Assembly: GCA_963669175.1 (NCBI GenBank)
Contig: OY769902.1
Span: 2,720,001-2,784,000 of the forward strand
From: a bacterium
Lineage (GTDB): Bacteria > Electryoneota > Electryoneia > Electryoneales > Electryoneaceae
Direction of reading: 5' to 3'
DNA length: 64,000 nucleotides
The notes under the pieces were generated by a model that was given only the letters and a program-made list of their open reading frames with translations, was not told the origin of the DNA and searched no databases. Shown in pieces: positions 1 to 11,046 of this stretch (position 1 is its first letter; each line of letters begins with the position of its first letter). Made by a program: the position numbers and the translations under genes.

Positions 1-1152
1 ATTAATCGTCATGTCCATGTTGTCGCCGGTATGATCGCCCAACAGACGTCCCTCATCTTTCATACGGTGATACAGGCGTGTGCCTTTGGGAGCGTTCAAC
101 AGGCCGACCATGGCGGTTACGATTCCGCTTTCCTGGATAAAGGCGCTGAGCCGTTTGAAGATGGTCTCCTGGTCACTGTCAAAGCCGAGGATAAAACCGC
201 CCTTGACCATGAGCCCCGCTTGGTGAATCCTGCGTACCGCTGCGACCAGATCACGGTTCTGATTCTGGACCTTGTTGCACTCGGCAAGGCTGCTCTCCTC
301 AACAGTTTCGATGCCCACGAATACAGACCCGAATCCCGCATCCACCATGGCTTTCATCAACTCAGGATCGTCCGCAAGATTGATACTGGATTCTGTGGAG
401 AAGGTGAAGGGAAAATCACGCTTCCGGTTCCAGGCATGGATAGCGGGAAGGATACTGCGTTTCAGCTTGTTTTTGTTGCCGATAAAGTTGTCATCTACAA
501 AGAAAACACTTCCATGCCAACCGAGCTTGTACAATGTATCCAGTTCATCCAGTAGCTGGTACTCGGATTTCGTTCGCACCTTTCGGCCATACAGGTTGGA
601 AATATCACAGAAATCACAGTCGTAGGGGCAACCACGCGAATACTGAATATCCATCACGGCATACTTGTTCAAGCGTAACAATTCCCAGGATGGAATCGGT
701 GAATCTGCCAGGACAACAGGAGCATCCGCTTTGTAAATATGGTTCGGTGTACCATTCTTAAGATCACGCAGGAATGCAGGGAAAACCGTTTCCGCTTCAC
801 TCAGGAAAAGATAGTCTACATCATCAAACTCATCATAATCACTCATGAACAGGGGACCGCCTGCAACAATTTTCCTGTCAAGGCTGTGAATTCGTTCAAT
901 GACCTGCCGTACCGAGTCTTTCTGAATGGACATGGCGCTGATAAACACCAGGTCCGCCCATTCGATATCCTTGTTGCGCAAAGGGCTGACCTTCATGTCA
1001 ACCAGCTTCTTCTCCCAGTGTTTCGGGAGCATGGCGGCAACAGTCAGCAGCCCGAGAGGAGGTTCATTTGCTTTCTTGGCAATGAAACGCAGGGCATGCT
1101 TGAAACTCCAGAAAGTGTCCGGGTGCTCAGGGTAGACAAGCAGAATATTCAT
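1..1152 (-). CDS. B12-binding radical SAM protein (DUF4070-type), truncated at window edge
   Basis: Not in the ORF track because it runs off the edge. Manual reverse translation from ATG at 1152 gives MNILLVYPEHPDTFWSFKHALRFIAKKANEPPLGLLTVAAMLP, and the CxxxCxxC motif SRGCPYDCDFCDI lies near 600-640. Confidence 0.9.
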   Translation of the reverse strand, partial: MNILLVYPEHPDTFWSFKHALRFIAKKANEPPLGLLTVAAMLPKHWEKKLVDMKVSPLRNKDIEWADLVFISAMSIQKDSVRQVIERIHSLDRKIVAGGPLFMSDYDEFDDVDYLFLSEAETVFPAFLRDLKNGTPNHIYKADAPVVLADSPIPSWELLRLNKYAVMDIQYSRGCPYDCDFCDISNLYGRKVRTKSEYQLLDELDTLYKLGWHGSVFFVDDNFIGNKNKLKRSILPAIHAWNRKRDFPFTFSTESSINLADDPELMKAMVDAGFGSVFVGIETVEESSLAECNKVQNQNRDLVAAVRRIHQAGLMVKGGFILGFDSDQETIFKRLSAFIQESGIVTAMVGLLNAPKGTRLYHRMKDEGRLLGDHTGDNMDMTIN

Positions 1153-1162
1153 AGCGCAATCC

Positions 1163-1759
1163 TCACAGCGATGTATTCCCGTTCAGGTTGTAAACACCCT
1201 TGGTGAAAGTATCTACCATCAGGCCAACAATTTCTTCAGTAGCAATGGTGAAGTCTTCCAGCGCCCAGGAAAACTCGACCGGTTTCAGGGAAATCATCAG
1301 CACATGCGCCAGTAATGCCGTATTCTCGATGCTGGTTTCACCTGTTTTATTCCCATGTTTCAGGATTTTTTCGATGATGGCGCGCTCCTCCAGCATCATA
1401 CGGTCACGCGCTTCCTTGATGAAAGGCCAGTGATAATCCCAGCTATCACGTGTTACTTTATAAAAATTGGTCAAATGCTGAATATTATTTATTTTGGTTA
1501 GTAGGAAAGCATAGAACATGTCCCGAACTGTTGAAGCGGCGGCGATGGATTCATTGATTCGCGCTATCATGGTATCGGTTTCCAGATCGACAATCGAAAT
1601 GAAGATGGCCTCCTTGTTTCTATATGATTTATAGATCGTTGTTTTCGATACCTGCGCTTCCCGGGCGATGTCATCAACCGTAACCCGCTTTAATCCGAAC
1701 TGACTGAACAGCTTCTGCGATATTGCCAGTATTTTTTTTTCTGCTGAAGGGGTATCCAT
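1163..1759 (-). CDS. TetR/AcrR family transcriptional regulator
   Basis: N-terminal HTH LFSQFGLKRVTVDDIAREAQVSKTTIYKSY. Start placed at MDTPS (1759) behind an AGGAG RBS. Lies 10 bp upstream of the radical SAM gene. Confidence 0.9.
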   Translation of the reverse strand: MDTPSAEKKILAISQKLFSQFGLKRVTVDDIAREAQVSKTTIYKSYRNKEAIFISIVDLETDTMIARINESIAAASTVRDMFYAFLLTKINNIQHLTNFYKVTRDSWDYHWPFIKEARDRMMLEERAIIEKILKHGNKTGETSIENTALLAHVLMISLKPVEFSWALEDFTIATEEIVGLMVDTFTKGVYNLNGNTSL

Positions 1760-1896
1760 CCTGATTCTCCTGAACATAGTACGATATGGTTAAATTACGT
1801 ACTGCCGTATCGAAACGCAACAGGTAGACTCGTTTGACTCTCAGAAAGAATACCGCAATATGTAATCCCTGCCTGCATTGGCGAATTGCGAGGAAC

Positions 1897-1932
1897 AAAA
1901 AAAGCGGTCCGAATCATTTGATCCGAACCGCT
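1897..1932 (-). terminator. Probable intrinsic terminator of the FKBP operon
   Basis: Imperfect hairpin AGCGGT...ACCGCT preceded by A7 on the + strand (U-tract on -). Confidence 0.6.
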
Positions 1933-1954
1933 GAATATGACTTTGCTAAGGAAA

Positions 1955-2470
1955 CTATTTAAAATCCACCAGCTCCACGTAGAAAATCAGGGTAGCGTTC
2001 TGGGGGATTACGGGCGGATAGCCGCGCTGGCCGTAACCGAGTTCCGGTGGGATACGGAGGACGCGTTTTTCGCCGCGTTTCATGCCTTCGATGCCCATGT
2101 CCCAGCCACGGATGACCTGGCCTGCGCCAAGCTTGAAGACCAGGGCTTCACCACGGGGGATGGAGCTGTCGAAACGGTTGCCGTCAACCAGCCAGCCGGT
2201 ATAGTGCATGCTGGTCATGGCGCCTGCGGCTACGGGATCGCCTGTTCCTTCTTTCAATACTGTGTATTCTGGTCCATTCTGGATTTGTTGCCAGGTAAAT
2301 GAATCGAGATCCGGCATCACCAGGGGATCGTTCTGCGTCATGGTTGTTTCCTCGTTTTGTGTCTTGGCCTGCGCTTCAACTTCCTTAGTGCCTGCGTCGG
2401 TTTTTGCCTTGCAACCGACCAGCAACAGACCGACCAGCAACAAGGGGATGACCACAAATGTGGTACGCAT
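1955..2470 (-). CDS. FKBP-type peptidyl-prolyl isomerase, lipoprotein
   Basis: Lipobox LLVGC; FKBP motifs HYTGWL, FDSS, QVIRGWDMG, IPPELGYG, IPQNATLIFYVEL. Confidence 0.95.
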   Translation of the reverse strand: MRTTFVVIPLLLVGLLLVGCKAKTDAGTKEVEAQAKTQNEETTMTQNDPLVMPDLDSFTWQQIQNGPEYTVLKEGTGDPVAAGAMTSMHYTGWLVDGNRFDSSIPRGEALVFKLGAGQVIRGWDMGIEGMKRGEKRVLRIPPELGYGQRGYPPVIPQNATLIFYVELVDFK

Positions 2471-2480
2471 AGTATACTCC

Positions 2481-2972
2481 TTACTTGATCTGTTTCACTT
2501 CAATGAAGAAATAAAGAGAGGCATTTGGTGGCACTTTTCCTCTTCCGCCTGAGCCATAGCCGAGTTCTGCCGGAATCATCATGAAGCGTTTGTCGCCGAC
2601 ACGCATGCCCGTAATTCCTTCATGCCAGCCCTGGATAACCGAAGATTTTCCAATGGTGAACTCGAAAGGTTCATTGCGTTCATAACTGTTGTCAATGCGT
2701 CTCGAATTGGAAAGCCAGAGGACGTAGTTTACGACAACCGCATCTCCTTCACGGGCGGCTGGGCCATCCCCTTCATCCAGATCAACATACTGGATTCCGT
2801 TCAACATCGTATGTTCGAAATAGAGGGAATCCAGGCTGGGCATCCGTTGAATTTCAAAGATGCGTTTCAGAAACATCTCTTTGTTTTCTTCAGTGTTGAC
2901 TTTTTTCCCGCCACCACAACCAATCGCAAGCAGCAGTATAATACCTGTCAGCAGTACAAGACTCTTACGCAT
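2481..2972 (-). CDS. FKBP-type peptidyl-prolyl isomerase, lipoprotein (second paralogue)
   Basis: Lipobox LAIGC; motifs VIQGWHEG, IPAELGYG, VPPNASLYFFIEV. Confidence 0.92.
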   Translation of the reverse strand: MRKSLVLLTGIILLLAIGCGGGKKVNTEENKEMFLKRIFEIQRMPSLDSLYFEHTMLNGIQYVDLDEGDGPAAREGDAVVVNYVLWLSNSRRIDNSYERNEPFEFTIGKSSVIQGWHEGITGMRVGDKRFMMIPAELGYGSGGRGKVPPNASLYFFIEVKQIK

Positions 2973-2995
2973 GGCAACTCCTCCCCAATGCTATC

Positions 2996-4216
2996 TTATG
3001 GATTATCGCGCCAGTTTGTCGGCAGCAATCCTTCTTCTTCAGCCAATCGGATAATGCGCACAGCACGCTTTACTACAGGCGGATCAATCATTTTACTGCC
3101 AAGACTGACCACGCCAAGTCCTTCCGCTTCCGCCTTTTCAAAGGCAATAGTGATTTTCTTCGCTTTTTCAATCTCATCGGCTGAAGGGGCAAAGCCTTCA
3201 TGCACGACCTGGATCTGGCGTGGATGAATACAGCCTTTGCCTTCGAAACCGAGCGATTTCGCTTCGAGTACAGATTCGCGCAGGGCGTCCATATCGGATA
3301 CATCTGAAAATACCGTATCAATCGGTTGGACACCGGCTGCACGAGCGCCGTTTAATACCTGGGCGCGTGCCCAGAAGCTTTCTGTTCCTGCATTGGTACG
3401 TTGTGCCCCGATATCGGCGGTATAGTCTTCAAGTCCGATTGCCAGGGATACGACAGTCTCATGCGCCGAAGCGATTTCATAGGCGAACCAGGCGCCTTTC
3501 GCAGATTCAATAATCGGCATCAGCCAGATCTGATAGTCCTTCTCTTCACGTTTCAGGATATCAGCAATGGCATCGGCAACTACCTGAACCTGCTGTGGTG
3601 ATTCCACTTTTGGTAACAGGACAAGCTGCACACCGTGTGTTACGATCCAGTTAAGATCTTCGAGGCCACGTTCCCCCTGGTTGATCCGCACCATACGTTC
3701 GCAATTCATGAAATCCAGGGCACGCAAGCCGTTACGCACCATCACCCGTGCGGCATCTTTTTCCGAAGGCGCTACCGAATCCTCGAGATCCAGGATCACA
3801 CCATCTGGATTGTGCAAAGGAGCATTGAGCATGAACTTCGGGCTGTTACCCGGCAGGTAGAGACGGGATCTACGGTTCTGTTTCGGCAGGGAAGGGGCGG
3901 GTGTTGTAAACAGAACCGGCAGCCACGGGGTCATATTCTGATCCGGTAGCGCCCTGCGTATTGCCGTTTCAATACGTGCCATGAGGACAAAGGGCACTGC
4001 GCCCTGATCTTCAACCACGACATGGGCGTGTTCAATACCGAAATGTTTCAGGCCTGCTTCAACCAGTTCACGGTTCTGTTTGCCATATTGCACATCTACT
4101 TTGCTTGTCAGATCCAAGGTAATGCCGCCCTGATCCTTTATCGTAATCTCAACCCAGGCGTCGGACCGGACACTGCTGCCACGCTGTCCTGCCTGGCCAA
4201 TTCCTGCGCTCATCAT
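2996..4216 (-). CDS. citE: Citrate lyase ACP (CitD-like) fused to citryl-CoA lyase (CitE; HpcH/HpaI family)
   Basis: N-terminal ~90 aa CitD-like (RSD..., SKVDVQYG, DQGA...ARIETA), then CitE motifs RRSRLYLPG, LDLEDSV, VRIN, LPKVE, IIESA, GKGCIHPRQI, MIDPP. Confidence 0.88.
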   Translation of the reverse strand: MMSAGIGQAGQRGSSVRSDAWVEITIKDQGGITLDLTSKVDVQYGKQNRELVEAGLKHFGIEHAHVVVEDQGAVPFVLMARIETAIRRALPDQNMTPWLPVLFTTPAPSLPKQNRRSRLYLPGNSPKFMLNAPLHNPDGVILDLEDSVAPSEKDAARVMVRNGLRALDFMNCERMVRINQGERGLEDLNWIVTHGVQLVLLPKVESPQQVQVVADAIADILKREEKDYQIWLMPIIESAKGAWFAYEIASAHETVVSLAIGLEDYTADIGAQRTNAGTESFWARAQVLNGARAAGVQPIDTVFSDVSDMDALRESVLEAKSLGFEGKGCIHPRQIQVVHEGFAPSADEIEKAKKITIAFEKAEAEGLGVVSLGSKMIDPPVVKRAVRIIRLAEEEGLLPTNWRDNP

Positions 4217-4235
4217 CTATCCTGTAGGTTTTTTC

Positions 4236-4253
4236 TCGTGAATCATTCCACAG
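4236..4253. promoter_or_regulatory. Candidate Rex operator upstream of citDE
   Basis: TCGTGAATCATTCCACAG against consensus TTGTGAAN4TTCACAA, 3 mismatches. Confidence 0.3.
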
Positions 4254-4399
4254 TGGAAGATACAACGAGCAATGCAGGGGATAAAGGGAGAGGCATGGGT
4301 TCAATCAGGATTGGTTGGGAATGACTCTTGTCCCCGGAGTCAGAAGCAGCTAGATTCATTTCGTAATGTTATCCAGCTTTGTGAAAGGAAAACCTCGTC

Positions 4400-4609
4400 A
4401 TGAGATGGCCGTGGTCGAAAAAGCCTGAGAGGATGGGTATTATAGCACTGATCTTTGCCTCGCTGGCCGTGCTGGTGGGGGTATATCGTGCGGAACGAAC
4501 AGTCCCCATGATGACCTCGGGCATTACGGTAAAAAACCTGACTCGTTTCGGGAAATGGGCCAAAGCGACTGCGGAACGTCTGCAGCGTGATGGTATCAAG
4601 GTGAATTGA
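4400..4609 (+). CDS. Small membrane-anchored hypothetical protein
   Basis: AAAGGA RBS, one hydrophobic segment, ends 6 bp before the next gene. Confidence 0.55.
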   Translation: MRWPWSKKPERMGIIALIFASLAVLVGVYRAERTVPMMTSGITVKNLTRFGKWAKATAERLQRDGIKVN

Positions 4610-4615
4610 TCCCCA

Positions 4616-5413
4616 ATGTCTGTTCTCGCCTGGATTTTACTGGTTGATACTCTCCTGGTTGTTATCCTCATGTTGTCTGACCGGATTCTTCAAGCGGTCA
4701 ATCGTCCACCCGGACTTCTGTTTGATGCGGTTCAACTTTGGGCGGCGTTGCTGGGTGTGATACTTCACGCCGGCTGGCAATGGGGATGGTTGTGGTTGCT
4801 GAAATTTTCTGTTATAAGCATTGTATTACCCTATGTTTGTGAATTTCTCGGTCAGAAGACAGGTTTTCCATTCGGGAGATATCAGTATACGGAGAAAGCT
4901 GGTCCAAAGCTTCCGGGCAGTATTCCTGTTGCCGTGGTATTGATGTGGTGGGGCTTGTTGTATGTGACATTTTCTTCCGGTCTGCTCTGCTCGAGCCTGA
5001 TACCGGTTTTTAATGTGGATGTTGTGACAATATTTTTCGCGTCCATTCTGCTTGTGGGATGGGATTTAACCGGTGATCCGGTTGCGGTTCATGCCGGGAT
5101 GTGGGTGTGGGAGAAACCGCGAGGCTGGTACGGGATTCCATGGAGCAACTTTGCCGGCTGGTTCGGTGTCAGTGTGTTTACCATGATGATATTCCGACTG
5201 GTAAATGGTCCCTTTGCGCTTTCTATTGAAAATACAAGGCATAACGCGGATTTCTATCTGTCGCTGGTGCCGTTGATTTTGCTGGGCGTATTGTATTTCA
5301 ACTACATGGGCGCTGCTTGCAGACGTAGGCTGAGAGGTCCGGGAGTCACGGCCCTGATTTTCGGTTTCGGAATAGTTACAGCATGTGTTGCACTGAAGCT
5401 GAACTTATTGTAG
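4616..5413 (+). CDS. CruF/DUF422-like membrane protein (carotenoid 1,2-hydratase family)
   Basis: Motifs E..G..TGFPFGRYQYT...GP, WDL..DPVAV..GMWVW, YGIPWSNFAGW. Confidence 0.8.
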   Translation: MSVLAWILLVDTLLVVILMLSDRILQAVNRPPGLLFDAVQLWAALLGVILHAGWQWGWLWLLKFSVISIVLPYVCEFLGQKTGFPFGRYQYTEKAGPKLPGSIPVAVVLMWWGLLYVTFSSGLLCSSLIPVFNVDVVTIFFASILLVGWDLTGDPVAVHAGMWVWEKPRGWYGIPWSNFAGWFGVSVFTMMIFRLVNGPFALSIENTRHNADFYLSLVPLILLGVLYFNYMGAACRRRLRGPGVTALIFGFGIVTACVALKLNLL

Positions 5414-5637
5414 AAATGCAATAACTGATACTAAAAGACCTACAGATTAAGCGTTATTGACATTTCAGCGAACTTCGCAGTTTCAGGATTCCAAGCTCCT
5501 TTTCTTTCAACGGGATAAGTTCATTCTATAATACAATGAAAAAGAGCATCACAAGCATTTGGAATTTGTGAAAAAAAGTGATAAATTGGCCTATCTCAAG
5601 AAGACCGTACAAGGAACATAGGAACCCTGATCCACCC

Positions 5638-8223
5638 ATGAACTTGAACTCCATTGGTGAACGGATAAAAGAAGTCCCCCTCGAGGAGGAAATGAAGCAT
5701 TCCTACCTCGATTACTCGATGTCAGTAATCGTGTCTCGAGCGCTCCCGGATGTACGCGACGGAATGAAACCGGTCCATCGCCGTATTCTGTTCGGGATGC
5801 ATGAAATGGGCATGCTTCACAACCGGGCTTATAAGAAATCCGCACGTATTGTCGGTGATGTCATGGGTAAGTATCACCCCCATGGCGACTCGGCGATTTA
5901 TGATGCCGTTGTGCGTATGGCGCAGGATTTCAGCCTGCGCTACCCGTTGGTTGACGGCCAGGGGAACTTCGGCAGCATTGACGGTGACGGCGCAGCGGCC
6001 ATGCGTTATACAGAAGCCCGTCTTGCCAAGATCGCTGAAGAAGCGCTTGAAGATATTGGCAAAGAGACTGTCGATTTCGTAAGCAATTACGATGATAGTA
6101 TGCAGGAACCTTCCGTACTGCCTTCCAAGCTGCCGAACCTGCTGATCAATGGTGTTGGCGGTATTGCTGTCGGCATGGCGACAAACATTCCCCCGCATAA
6201 CCTGGGGGAAGTGATTGACGCCTGTTGTCACCTGATTGACAATCCGGAATGTGAGATTGACGACCTGATGAGGTTTGTGGTCGCCCCGGATTTCCCGACA
6301 GGCGGTATCATTTACGGTATCACAGGTGTACGGGAAGGGTATCGCACCGGTCGCGGACGTGTCATCATCCGTGCAAAAGCGCATATCGAAGAAGACAAGC
6401 GCGGCAAAGAGAAAATTGTTGTCACGGAGATTCCATACCAGGTCAACAAAGCTGTCCTGGCCGAGAAAATTGCCGCCCTGGTCAATGAAAAGAAGATCGA
6501 AGGCATCAGCGATATTCGTGACGAGTCGGACCGTGATGGTATCCGCCTGGTTATCGAGCTGAAGAAGGATGCTTACGGCGCGGTCATACTGAACCAGTTG
6601 TACAAGATGACCAGCCTGCAATCCAGTTTCGGTATCAACATGATCGCGTTGGATCATGGTGCTCCGAAGCTGATGAACCTGAAGACCATTCTTCAGAAGT
6701 TTGTCGAGCATCGTCATGAAGTGGTGCTGCGCCGGACGAATTTCGACCTGCGTAAAGCCAAAGAGCGTGAACATATTCTCGAAGGTTTGAAAATTGCGGT
6801 CGACAATATTGACCGTGTCATTCAGATTATTCGACAATCCAGTGGTCCAGAGACAGCGCGCATTGCGTTAATGGAAGAATTTGCTCTTTCAGATCTCCAG
6901 GCCAAGGCGATTCTGGACATGCGTCTGGCCAAACTGACCGGACTGGAAATTCAGAAACTGGAAGAAGAGCTGAAAGCCATTCGTGAATTGATCTCAGAGT
7001 TGGAACGGATTCTGGCATCACGTGATTTGCGGATGGAAATCATCAAAGATGAGCTGAAGGATCTGGAAGAACGCTACGGCGATGAGCGTCGCACGGAAGT
7101 CGTGAAGCATTACGAAGAATTCACCGTGGAAGACATGATCGCCGAAGAAGATATGGTCGTAACCATCAGCCATGCCGGTTACATCAAACGTCAGCCTGTG
7201 ACCAGCTATCGTAAGCAGGGACGGGGAGGACGTGGCAAGACAGGCGCTACGATCAAAGATGAAGATTTCATCGAGCACCTGCTGGTGGCCAGTACTCACG
7301 AGTACATGCTGTTCTTCACGGACAAGGGCCAGATACACTGGTTGAAGGTGTACGACATTCCGCAGTTGGGACGATTGAGCAAGGGCAAAGCGTTGGTAAA
7401 CCTGCTCGAGCTTGGTCCTGACCAGAAACTTGCGGCGTTCGTGTCGGTGAAAGAGTTTGTTGAGGGGCAGTATATCCTGTTGTGTTCACGGCAGGGCATT
7501 GTCAAGAAGACAGAGCTGACCGCTTACTCCAACCCGCGTCGTGGTGGCATTATCGCCATGAATATTCGTGACGACGACGAGTTGCTGGGCGCTTCCATCA
7601 CGGACGGTGATTGCGAGGTTATCCTCGGTACCAGTGGTGGCAAGGCGGTTCGTTTCCGTGAAACCGATGTGCGTGCCATGGGGCGTACAGCGGCTGGTGT
7701 TATCGGTGTGAACCTGCCAAAGGGCCAGGAAGTGGTAGGCATGGTCGTCGTCAGGCGCGCCGGTACACTCCTGGTAGTCACGGATAGAGGCTTCGGCAAG
7801 CGTTCCGATATCGCGGATTATCGCTTGACCAAACGTGGCGCTGGCGGTGTGCTGACATTGAAGACTTCTCCGAAGGTTGGCAACATGATGTCAATTATGG
7901 AGGTGGTCGATGATGATGACCTGATGATTATCACCCAGAAGGGCGTGATGATCAGGTTGTCGATGAAGGATGTCCGAGTCATTGGTCGTGCGACGCAGGG
8001 TGTAAGGTTGATCCGCTTGGATGAAAACGACCAGATATCCTCGATTGCGCGTGTCATGAAGCAGGATGATTCGAACAAGAAACTGGATGAAAACGATAAC
8101 GACGATATCCTCGACACCATCGAAGAGCCGTTGGAAGAAGATGGCGAGAATCAGGATGAGGGCGAGGATTCAGGGCCGGAAGAGGAAGAAGATGCCGGTC
8201 CGGAGGAGGACGAGAACTCCTAA
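5638..8223 (+). CDS. gyrA: DNA gyrase subunit A
   Basis: [39 protein letters not shown], GyrA-box QGRGGRG, acidic tail. ATG 5638 taken as start. Confidence 0.98.
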   Translation: MNLNSIGERIKEVPLEEEMKHSYLDYSMSVIVSRALPDVRDGMKPVHRRILFGMHEMGMLHNRAYKKSARIVGDVMGKYHPHGDSAIYDAVVRMAQDFSLRYPLVDGQGNFGSIDGDGAAAMRYTEARLAKIAEEALEDIGKETVDFVSNYDDSMQEPSVLPSKLPNLLINGVGGIAVGMATNIPPHNLGEVIDACCHLIDNPECEIDDLMRFVVAPDFPTGGIIYGITGVREGYRTGRGRVIIRAKAHIEEDKRGKEKIVVTEIPYQVNKAVLAEKIAALVNEKKIEGISDIRDESDRDGIRLVIELKKDAYGAVILNQLYKMTSLQSSFGINMIALDHGAPKLMNLKTILQKFVEHRHEVVLRRTNFDLRKAKEREHILEGLKIAVDNIDRVIQIIRQSSGPETARIALMEEFALSDLQAKAILDMRLAKLTGLEIQKLEEELKAIRELISELERILASRDLRMEIIKDELKDLEERYGDERRTEVVKHYEEFTVEDMIAEEDMVVTISHAGYIKRQPVTSYRKQGRGGRGKTGATIKDEDFIEHLLVASTHEYMLFFTDKGQIHWLKVYDIPQLGRLSKGKALVNLLELGPDQKLAAFVSVKEFVEGQYILLCSRQGIVKKTELTAYSNPRRGGIIAMNIRDDDELLGASITDGDCEVILGTSGGKAVRFRETDVRAMGRTAAGVIGVNLPKGQEVVGMVVVRRAGTLLVVTDRGFGKRSDIADYRLTKRGAGGVLTLKTSPKVGNMMSIMEVVDDDDLMIITQKGVMIRLSMKDVRVIGRATQGVRLIRLDENDQISSIARVMKQDDSNKKLDENDNDDILDTIEEPLEEDGENQDEGEDSGPEEEEDAGPEEDENS

Positions 8224-8239
8224 GCATTGAGGTGAAGCT

Positions 8240-8917
8240 ATGGCCAAGTCGCAGAAAAAAGAGGTTGCTGAAAGCAAGATCAGCGACGCCACTGTCCGGC
8301 GACTCAGCTTGTATTACAGATCGTTAAAGTACGCCTATGACCGTGGGATGCGTACCATCAGCAGCCAGGAACTTGCAGACATGAACAACCTGACGGCTGC
8401 ACAGGTTCGCAAAGATTTATCCTTCTTCGGCGCTTTTGGACGACGGGGATTGGGATACTACGTTGCCGATTTGCAGCGAAACATCGCACGGATTCTCGGT
8501 GTCAACAAAACCTGGAATGTGGCCCTGATCGGCGCCGGCAATATCGGTCGTGCACTCGTCGATTATGACCAGTTCCGGCAGCAGGGATTCCTGATCAAGC
8601 TGATCTGTGATAATGACCCGCAAAAGATCGGTAAGATCGTTCACGGTCTGGAAGTAAAAGACTTTGCCAATATTGACGAAGAGGTGAAGTCGAACAAGAT
8701 TAAAGTCGCGATTGTTGCTGTTCCGGCGGGAGTGGCGCAACCGGTTGTTGATCGCCTGGTAGAATGCAAGGTGCGTGCGATTATGAACTTTGCGCCGATT
8801 ACCTTGCAGGTTCCGGATACGGTCTTTATCCGAAATGAGAACATGGCGATTGAAATTGAGTCGCTTAGTTTCGCCCTGACCAACCGGAAAGAGCCGCTGC
8901 GGACAATGGGTGGTTGA
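8240..8917 (+). CDS. rex: Redox-sensing transcriptional repressor Rex
   Basis: TVRRLSLYYR, ISSQELA, QVRKDLSFFG.FG..G.GY, IGAGNIG, IMNFAP. Confidence 0.97.
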   Translation: MAKSQKKEVAESKISDATVRRLSLYYRSLKYAYDRGMRTISSQELADMNNLTAAQVRKDLSFFGAFGRRGLGYYVADLQRNIARILGVNKTWNVALIGAGNIGRALVDYDQFRQQGFLIKLICDNDPQKIGKIVHGLEVKDFANIDEEVKSNKIKVAIVAVPAGVAQPVVDRLVECKVRAIMNFAPITLQVPDTVFIRNENMAIEIESLSFALTNRKEPLRTMGG

Positions 8918-9138
8918 GCTGAGTTACGATTCCGAGAGTATTCGATTCCCCTGTGTCAAAGCAGGGGAATTGTTGTTCTGGGGGAAATGATTGGAACATG
9001 TCAGTAGTAAATGGGAGTGTCAAGAGGGGTTTAATTGCACGTATGTCGAGCAGCATCCAGATTAAAATCGAGGGAAAAAAGACATCATACAAGACTTTGG
9101 GATTGAACAGTAAACCGGTTTCGAGCGCAAGTGTCGTC

Positions 9139-10866
9139 ATGAACCTTCAACGGTCTATACTTCTCCCCATTCTGTTTTTGATCCTTTCCGGCTGCCTGCA
9201 TGCCCGGCCGGCGCGTGAGCTACGCCTGAAACGTATCGATGTCAATGCCGATGTAGCAGTATCACAAAGCGAAGTTGAAGACTATTGCGGACTTAAAGCA
9301 GGGAACATGTATACACCGGATGAACTTGAGCTTGCTAAAGATTCTCTATTTACCGGTTTGAATGCCGCTGGCTGGTTCCTCGCTGAAATAACTGATTATG
9401 AAATACAAATAGCGGAAGATGTATCCGAGGCAACCCTGCACATCCTGCTTGACCCCGGTCCACCTGCGATTGTTGATACAGTCATTCTTTCCGGCCCACT
9501 GGGAGGACGTGGCAGTGAAATTCAGTCACGGTTCCGCACGAAGCAGGGAAGAAGGTTTAATCCTGTGGTTTGGGCAGCGGATATGGAAAGAGCGGTTACC
9601 TGGCTGGAGAACCGTGGCTTTCCCTTTGCCAAGGCAGAGACGGCAAGATTAACGCCTGAATTCTCTGGTGATTCCATCCTGGTCACTGCAGAAATGAGAA
9701 TAACTCCCGGCCTTGCAGTCACCATTGATGAGCTGGAGGTTGCAGGATTAACGCGCACCAAACAAAAGGTAGCGCGGAGGATTCTTTCGATCAGACCGGG
9801 GCGCCTGTACAATCCTTCCCGGGCAGAACGCGCTAAACGAAGATTGCTCCGTACCGGGTGGTTTTCAGAAGTGCAGACGGCGGAGATATTTCGTAACCAG
9901 GAAGGCCGGTTCGGCCTGGTCTACAAAGCCCAGGAACAGCCTACCAGCAGCGTTTCAGGTGCGTTGGGCTATGCGCCCCAGGGGGAGGATACAAAGGGTG
10001 TGACGGGGCAGATTGACGCATCCTTTGGAAACCTTTTCGGAACAGGAAGGCGATTGGATTTCAACTGGCAACGTGTCAGCGATGACGAACGCTCGTTTGC
10101 TGTATTGTATCGTGAACCTTATCTCTTCGGAGCGCCGCTGAACCTGGATATTCAGCTTTCGCAGGAGAATATCGATTCAGTATACCTCGCACGGGTTTAC
10201 GGACTGGAAGCGACCTACATGGCTGGAATGACCTGGGAGGTGTTGGGCGGTATCAAACGTCGTGAGATTCATGCAGACAGTACGATTGCCGACAATGACA
10301 GTCTGTCCTACAATTTGATCGGCTTTACCGCCGGCATTCGTATTGATACACGGGATCGCGCCACAAACCCGAGTATCGGCGGGTACTACGAAGTTCGTAC
10401 AGAGCGCTATCTCCCGACAGGCGAATCAAGCGACCAGTATCAGGATCAGTTTGTTAACAGCATTTCAGTACGACACAATTTGCCTGTTGGACGAGGTTTT
10501 ATCATTCATGGTGGTGTATCCTACAAAGAGATCACTGTTGATAGCGGACAGCCTCCGTACGCCGAATGGGTGCGCATCGGGGGAGGGAGTACGGTTCGGG
10601 GATACCTGGAAAACTCGCTTACGGCTCCCCGTGCCGGATGGAGCACGATAGAACTTAGAAGGTTGCTTGGGCCGGAATCACGAGTGTTCCTGTTTGCCGA
10701 TGCTGCTGTGTTGTCGCGGGTAGATGATACAAGCTGGAAAAGCTCATTGGGAGCCGGGTTGCAGCTTGATGCCGGGGGCGGAATCATGAACATTGCCATC
10801 GCATTGCCTTCAGGACAGGGGCTAAACCAGTCAGTGGTCCATGCGTCAGTGTCAACGAGATTCTGA
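9139..10866 (+). CDS. Omp85/BamA-TamA family outer-membrane protein (POTRA domains + barrel), lipoprotein
   Basis: Lipobox LSGC, POTRA-like segments, NLFGTGR, RIGGGSTVRGY, C-terminal F. Start moved to MNLQRS (9139). Confidence 0.88.
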   Translation: MNLQRSILLPILFLILSGCLHARPARELRLKRIDVNADVAVSQSEVEDYCGLKAGNMYTPDELELAKDSLFTGLNAAGWFLAEITDYEIQIAEDVSEATLHILLDPGPPAIVDTVILSGPLGGRGSEIQSRFRTKQGRRFNPVVWAADMERAVTWLENRGFPFAKAETARLTPEFSGDSILVTAEMRITPGLAVTIDELEVAGLTRTKQKVARRILSIRPGRLYNPSRAERAKRRLLRTGWFSEVQTAEIFRNQEGRFGLVYKAQEQPTSSVSGALGYAPQGEDTKGVTGQIDASFGNLFGTGRRLDFNWQRVSDDERSFAVLYREPYLFGAPLNLDIQLSQENIDSVYLARVYGLEATYMAGMTWEVLGGIKRREIHADSTIADNDSLSYNLIGFTAGIRIDTRDRATNPSIGGYYEVRTERYLPTGESSDQYQDQFVNSISVRHNLPVGRGFIIHGGVSYKEITVDSGQPPYAEWVRIGGGSTVRGYLENSLTAPRAGWSTIELRRLLGPESRVFLFADAAVLSRVDDTSWKSSLGAGLQLDAGGGIMNIAIALPSGQGLNQSVVHASVSTRF

Positions 10867-11046
10867 AATTGCAAACGTCTCTCTTCTGCCAGTCGTGAGT
10901 GATATTACAAACATCCTTATTGCATGCCTTTCTCGTATATTGCACTTTGTCTTTACGCTCTGCTCTCCCAGGGGAGCAAATAAACAGCGGGATCAATACA
11001 GTTCTTTTGCGGGTATAACCTGACAGGTTAAACCTACGAGTACAGC

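Noticed and set aside
5722-6837. Long antisense ORFs (also 18813-19892, 47614-48438, 51005-51838, 54442-55212, 31-1206)
   Set aside because: They shadow well-supported genes on the opposite strand and have no recognisable motifs; typical codon-bias artefacts.
5578-8223. gyrA without adjacent gyrB, or possible parC
   Set aside because: GyrA-box is present and separated gyrA/gyrB is common; not notable.
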